Shown: one piece after another, positions 53,385 to 55,981 of the stretch
Position numbering within the stretch: the first letter of the stretch is position 1
Layout of the letters: every line of letters starts with the position of its first letter
NCBI GenBank assembly: GCA_009781275.1
Contig: WQYK01000001.1
Coordinates: forward strand, 1-55,981
Reading direction: 5' to 3'
DNA: 55,981 nucleotides
Source: Bacteroidales bacterium
GTDB taxonomy: Bacteria; Bacteroidota; Bacteroidia; Bacteroidales; UBA932
Translations under genes and position numbers: made by a program
The notes under the pieces: generated by a model
What the model was told of the DNA's origin: nothing
Seen by the model: only the letters and a program-made list of their open reading frames with translations
Databases searched by the model: none

Positions 53385-55046
53385 ATGAAACACCTCATCA
53401 TTGGCGGAGTGGCAGGAGGAGCCACCGCAGCGGCAAGAATCCGTAGAATGGACGAATTTGCAGAAATTATCATTTTTGAGAAAGGTAAATACATCTCGTT
53501 CGCCAATTGCGGATTGCCCTATTACATCGGGGGAATCATCGACGACAGGGCACGTCTTTTCCTGCAAACCCCCACCTCGTTTGCAAACCGGTATCAGGTT
53601 GATGTCCGGGTCGAAAACACGGTTCTGGGCATAGACACCACCCAAAAAACGGTCACTGTCCGCCGCAATGACGGCAGCGAATATGTAGAAACTTACGATA
53701 AGTTATTGCTCTCACCCGGAGCCTCACCTCTAAAACCGCCGTTAGAAGGAGTCGATCTGGAGGGCATATTCACCCTGCGTGACATACCGGACGCCGACCG
53801 CATCAAGAGATTCATCCAAACACGCAACGTTAAAAAAGCTGTCGTAGTGGGCGCCGGATTTATCGGCCTGGAAATGGCAGAAAACCTGCATCATACTGGA
53901 GCAGAAGTCTCCATTGTAGAGATGGCCGATCAGGTGATGGCGCCCGTCGATTTTTCGATCGCTTCACACGTACATCAACATCTGCTGCAAAAAGGAGTCA
54001 ATCTCTATTTAGAACAAACCGTCGAACGTTTTGAGCAAAGAGAGGGCAAAATCGACGTTTGCCTTAAAAGCGGCCTCACCATTCCTGCCGACATGGTGAT
54101 CCTCTCTATAGGCGTTCGTCCCCAAACCGCATTGGCCCAGACCGCTGACTTAAAAATCGGAGAAACCGGCGGTATATGGGTCAATGAATATTTAGAAACA
54201 TCTGCAAAAGATGTGTATGCCGTTGGCGACGCTATCCAATTTCCCCATCCCATCACGGGTAAACCATGGATGAACTATTTAGCCAACCCTGCCAACCGCC
54301 AGGGACGTCTGGTGGCCGACAATATGGTGCATGGCAATACCCAAGTATATGAAGGCTCCATAGGAACGGCCATTGCCAAAGTATTTGATTTGACAGTTGC
54401 CACAACGGGATTAGCCGCCAAAAAACTGAAACAGTTAAACATCCCCTATCAAAGCTCCCATACCCATTCGGGCAGCCACGCAGGATACTACCCTGGAAGT
54501 ACACAAATGAGCATCAAGTTGACATTTGACCCTCACAGCGGAAAGATCTACGGAGCGCAAGGCGTTGGATACGACGGCGTGGACAAGCGCATCGACCAGA
54601 TCGCCCTATTGATTAAACTGGGAGGAAGTGTGTACGACCTGACCAAAGTGGAACACTGTTATGCGCCCCCCTTCTCATCGGCAAAAGACCCCATTGCCAT
54701 AGCAGGATACGTGGCGCTCCAAATTGTAAACGGACGAATGCCTGTTGTCCATTGGAGGGAGATGCAGAGTACAAATCCCAATGAGGTAACCATTTTAGAT
54801 GTACGTACCGCCAAAGAGACGGCAGACGGAAAAGTGATTAATGGATCACTAAACATCCCATTAGAAGAGCTGCGCAAACATTTGGATGAAATCCCCAAAG
54901 ACAAACCTGTCTACATCTATTGCGCCATAGGATTGCGGGGTTATCTGGCACAACAAATAGTGACCCAACAGGGATTCTCCCGTGTGAAGAACCTCTCGGG
55001 CGGATATAGAACCTATTCCATAGCAACCGCTACATCACTTATTTAG
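53385..55046 (+). CDS. CoA-disulfide reductase / NADH-oxidase-family flavoprotein fused to a C-terminal rhodanese domain
   Basis: FAD motif IIGGVAGGATAAARIRR. Redox Cys in SFANCGLPYY. NAD motif VVGAGFIGLEMAE. C-terminal rhodanese active-site loop YCAIGLRGY. Confidence 0.88.
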   Translation: MKHLIIGGVAGGATAAARIRRMDEFAEIIIFEKGKYISFANCGLPYYIGGIIDDRARLFLQTPTSFANRYQVDVRVENTVLGIDTTQKTVTVRRNDGSEYVETYDKLLLSPGASPLKPPLEGVDLEGIFTLRDIPDADRIKRFIQTRNVKKAVVVGAGFIGLEMAENLHHTGAEVSIVEMADQVMAPVDFSIASHVHQHLLQKGVNLYLEQTVERFEQREGKIDVCLKSGLTIPADMVILSIGVRPQTALAQTADLKIGETGGIWVNEYLETSAKDVYAVGDAIQFPHPITGKPWMNYLANPANRQGRLVADNMVHGNTQVYEGSIGTAIAKVFDLTVATTGLAAKKLKQLNIPYQSSHTHSGSHAGYYPGSTQMSIKLTFDPHSGKIYGAQGVGYDGVDKRIDQIALLIKLGGSVYDLTKVEHCYAPPFSSAKDPIAIAGYVALQIVNGRMPVVHWREMQSTNPNEVTILDVRTAKETADGKVINGSLNIPLEELRKHLDEIPKDKPVYIYCAIGLRGYLAQQIVTQQGFSRVKNLSGGYRTYSIATATSLI

Positions 55047-55060
55047 GCTTACGTAAATGA

Positions 55061-55831
55061 TCAAAGACTGTGGTAGGTAAAAGTTGTTATGATTGTTGAC
55101 ACATAACCTTCTTCGTTATCATACATCGTTCTTTCTGTCTTTGTTAGCTTGGTCGGAAATCCGTCCCGGTCGTATTTATACTCGTTCTCATATTCGTATT
55201 GATGATCGGTGGAGCCTTCTACAATTTTCCAACCAGTTATATTATTCTCGAATGCAAAATCAAAAAACCTGTACTGCATAAACCACTTGGGAGTATTGCA
55301 GTGATAAAACGGCGACTTTTTATTGTCGTATTTGATCTCTCTGACCCTGCCCTCTTCCACAACTTTAGTCAGCCTGCCGTCCGCATATTGATAACGATTC
55401 ACCGAAACACCTGCCATAGGGTGTTCTGATTTGTACTCAACAATATATCCCTCATCGTTCAAGATGATTGTATATTCGCTGCCTCCATCGTTTACATATA
55501 TCGTATTCCCGAATCTCTCGGCATGCATATCGGGCACCTCACCCCAATAATCCCATAAAGATTCATCAAAGGAGAACACATAAGAGACCAAATTGTTACC
55601 CTTGTAAGTAATCGTTTGCGTCCCCATAAGCTCTCCATCATCGTAAACCAACATCTTTACGATTCGGTTTTGATCGTCATATTCAAACTTAGTGATGCTG
55701 CCGTCTTCGCTTACAATGGTTTCGAGCAACTTTACATCACCGTCTCCCTTGCTCTTGCAAGAGGTACACACAGCCGCTATCACTACAATGGCGGCGATAA
55801 TTGTCAAATTGATTGATGCTATTCTTTTCAT
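55061..55831 (-). CDS. Hypothetical lipoprotein with YD-repeat-like motifs
   Basis: Lipobox AAVCTSCKSKG. Repeated FEYDDQNRIVKM / YQYADGRLTKV / YKYDRDGFPTKL segments. Low GC (about 37% on a sampled line). Confidence 0.5.
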   Translation of the reverse strand: MKRIASINLTIIAAIVVIAAVCTSCKSKGDGDVKLLETIVSEDGSITKFEYDDQNRIVKMLVYDDGELMGTQTITYKGNNLVSYVFSFDESLWDYWGEVPDMHAERFGNTIYVNDGGSEYTIILNDEGYIVEYKSEHPMAGVSVNRYQYADGRLTKVVEEGRVREIKYDNKKSPFYHCNTPKWFMQYRFFDFAFENNITGWKIVEGSTDHQYEYENEYKYDRDGFPTKLTKTERTMYDNEEGYVSTIITTFTYHSL

Positions 55832-55870
55832 TTTATGCTTTTTTAAAATTTTAAAATAAACTTTGTAAAG

Positions 55871-55981
55871 TTAGTCATTTTTTGATTCTTCCAACAACCA
55901 GTCAATTACATTGATTTTTTGGATTCCTTTGTAAGATGTAGCAGGCTCAACATCAGTCGTAAGCAAAATTCTACGATTGAA
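55871..55981 (-). CDS. Possible 3' end of a gene that continues beyond the right window edge
   Basis: The minus-strand frame is open from the window edge for 36 codons (FNRRILLTTDVEPATSYKGIQKINVIDWLLEESKND) and ends at TAA 55873-55871. It is too short to classify. Confidence 0.3.
   Translation of the reverse strand, partial: FNRRILLTTDVEPATSYKGIQKINVIDWLLEESKND

Noticed and set aside
1-55981. Scan for CRISPR arrays, rRNA or tRNA genes, IS elements, integrases, toxin-antitoxin pairs and recognisable defence-system genes
   Set aside because: Nothing supportable was found by eye. Intergenic regions are short, the longest being about 210-220 nt at 25167-25384 and 51985-52196. The only repeats are short in-frame coding repeats, and no transposase, integrase or Cas-like translations appear in the ORF track.

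Overview
The window looks like a compact chromosomal segment from a Bacteroidota (Bacteroidales-like) genome, at roughly 50% GC. The taxon call rests on exact TAnnTTTG -7 promoter boxes in front of many genes, lipoprotein-rich content, DUF4252-type ECF-sigma modules, a FISUMP-domain protein, and a dcw cluster that lacks murF and ddl. The centre of the window (10100-25166, + strand) is a complete division and cell-wall cluster: mraZ-rsmH-ftsL-ftsI-murE-mraY-murD-ftsW-murG-murC-ftsQ-ftsA-ftsZ. Housekeeping genes flank it: efp, dnaX, lptB, gltX, leuS, gcvT, phoH, prfB (with its +1 frameshift) and trpB2. There are also several peptidases (M16, M28-TonB_C fusion, S41), a Tat-exported D-aminoacylase next to apbE, a ROK-MFS-SIS sugar operon, an AddA-like helicase-nuclease and a CoA-disulfide-reductase/rhodanese fusion. 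I found no rRNA, tRNA, CRISPR array, transposase or integrase. The strongest non-obvious signal is in the prfB-trpB2 gap: a 24-codon leader ORF with three consecutive Trp codons, its own -7 box, and a perfect 9-bp stem plus U7 terminator just before trpB2, which is a candidate Trp attenuator. Other points worth a second look are a 4-kb low-GC, four-gene insertion wedged exactly between gltX and leuS, two further low-GC patches, phased GTGG repeats upstream of mraZ, two candidate leaderless genes, and several unusual domain fusions and tails. All calls come from reading the sequence and ORF translations by eye. No database searches were run.
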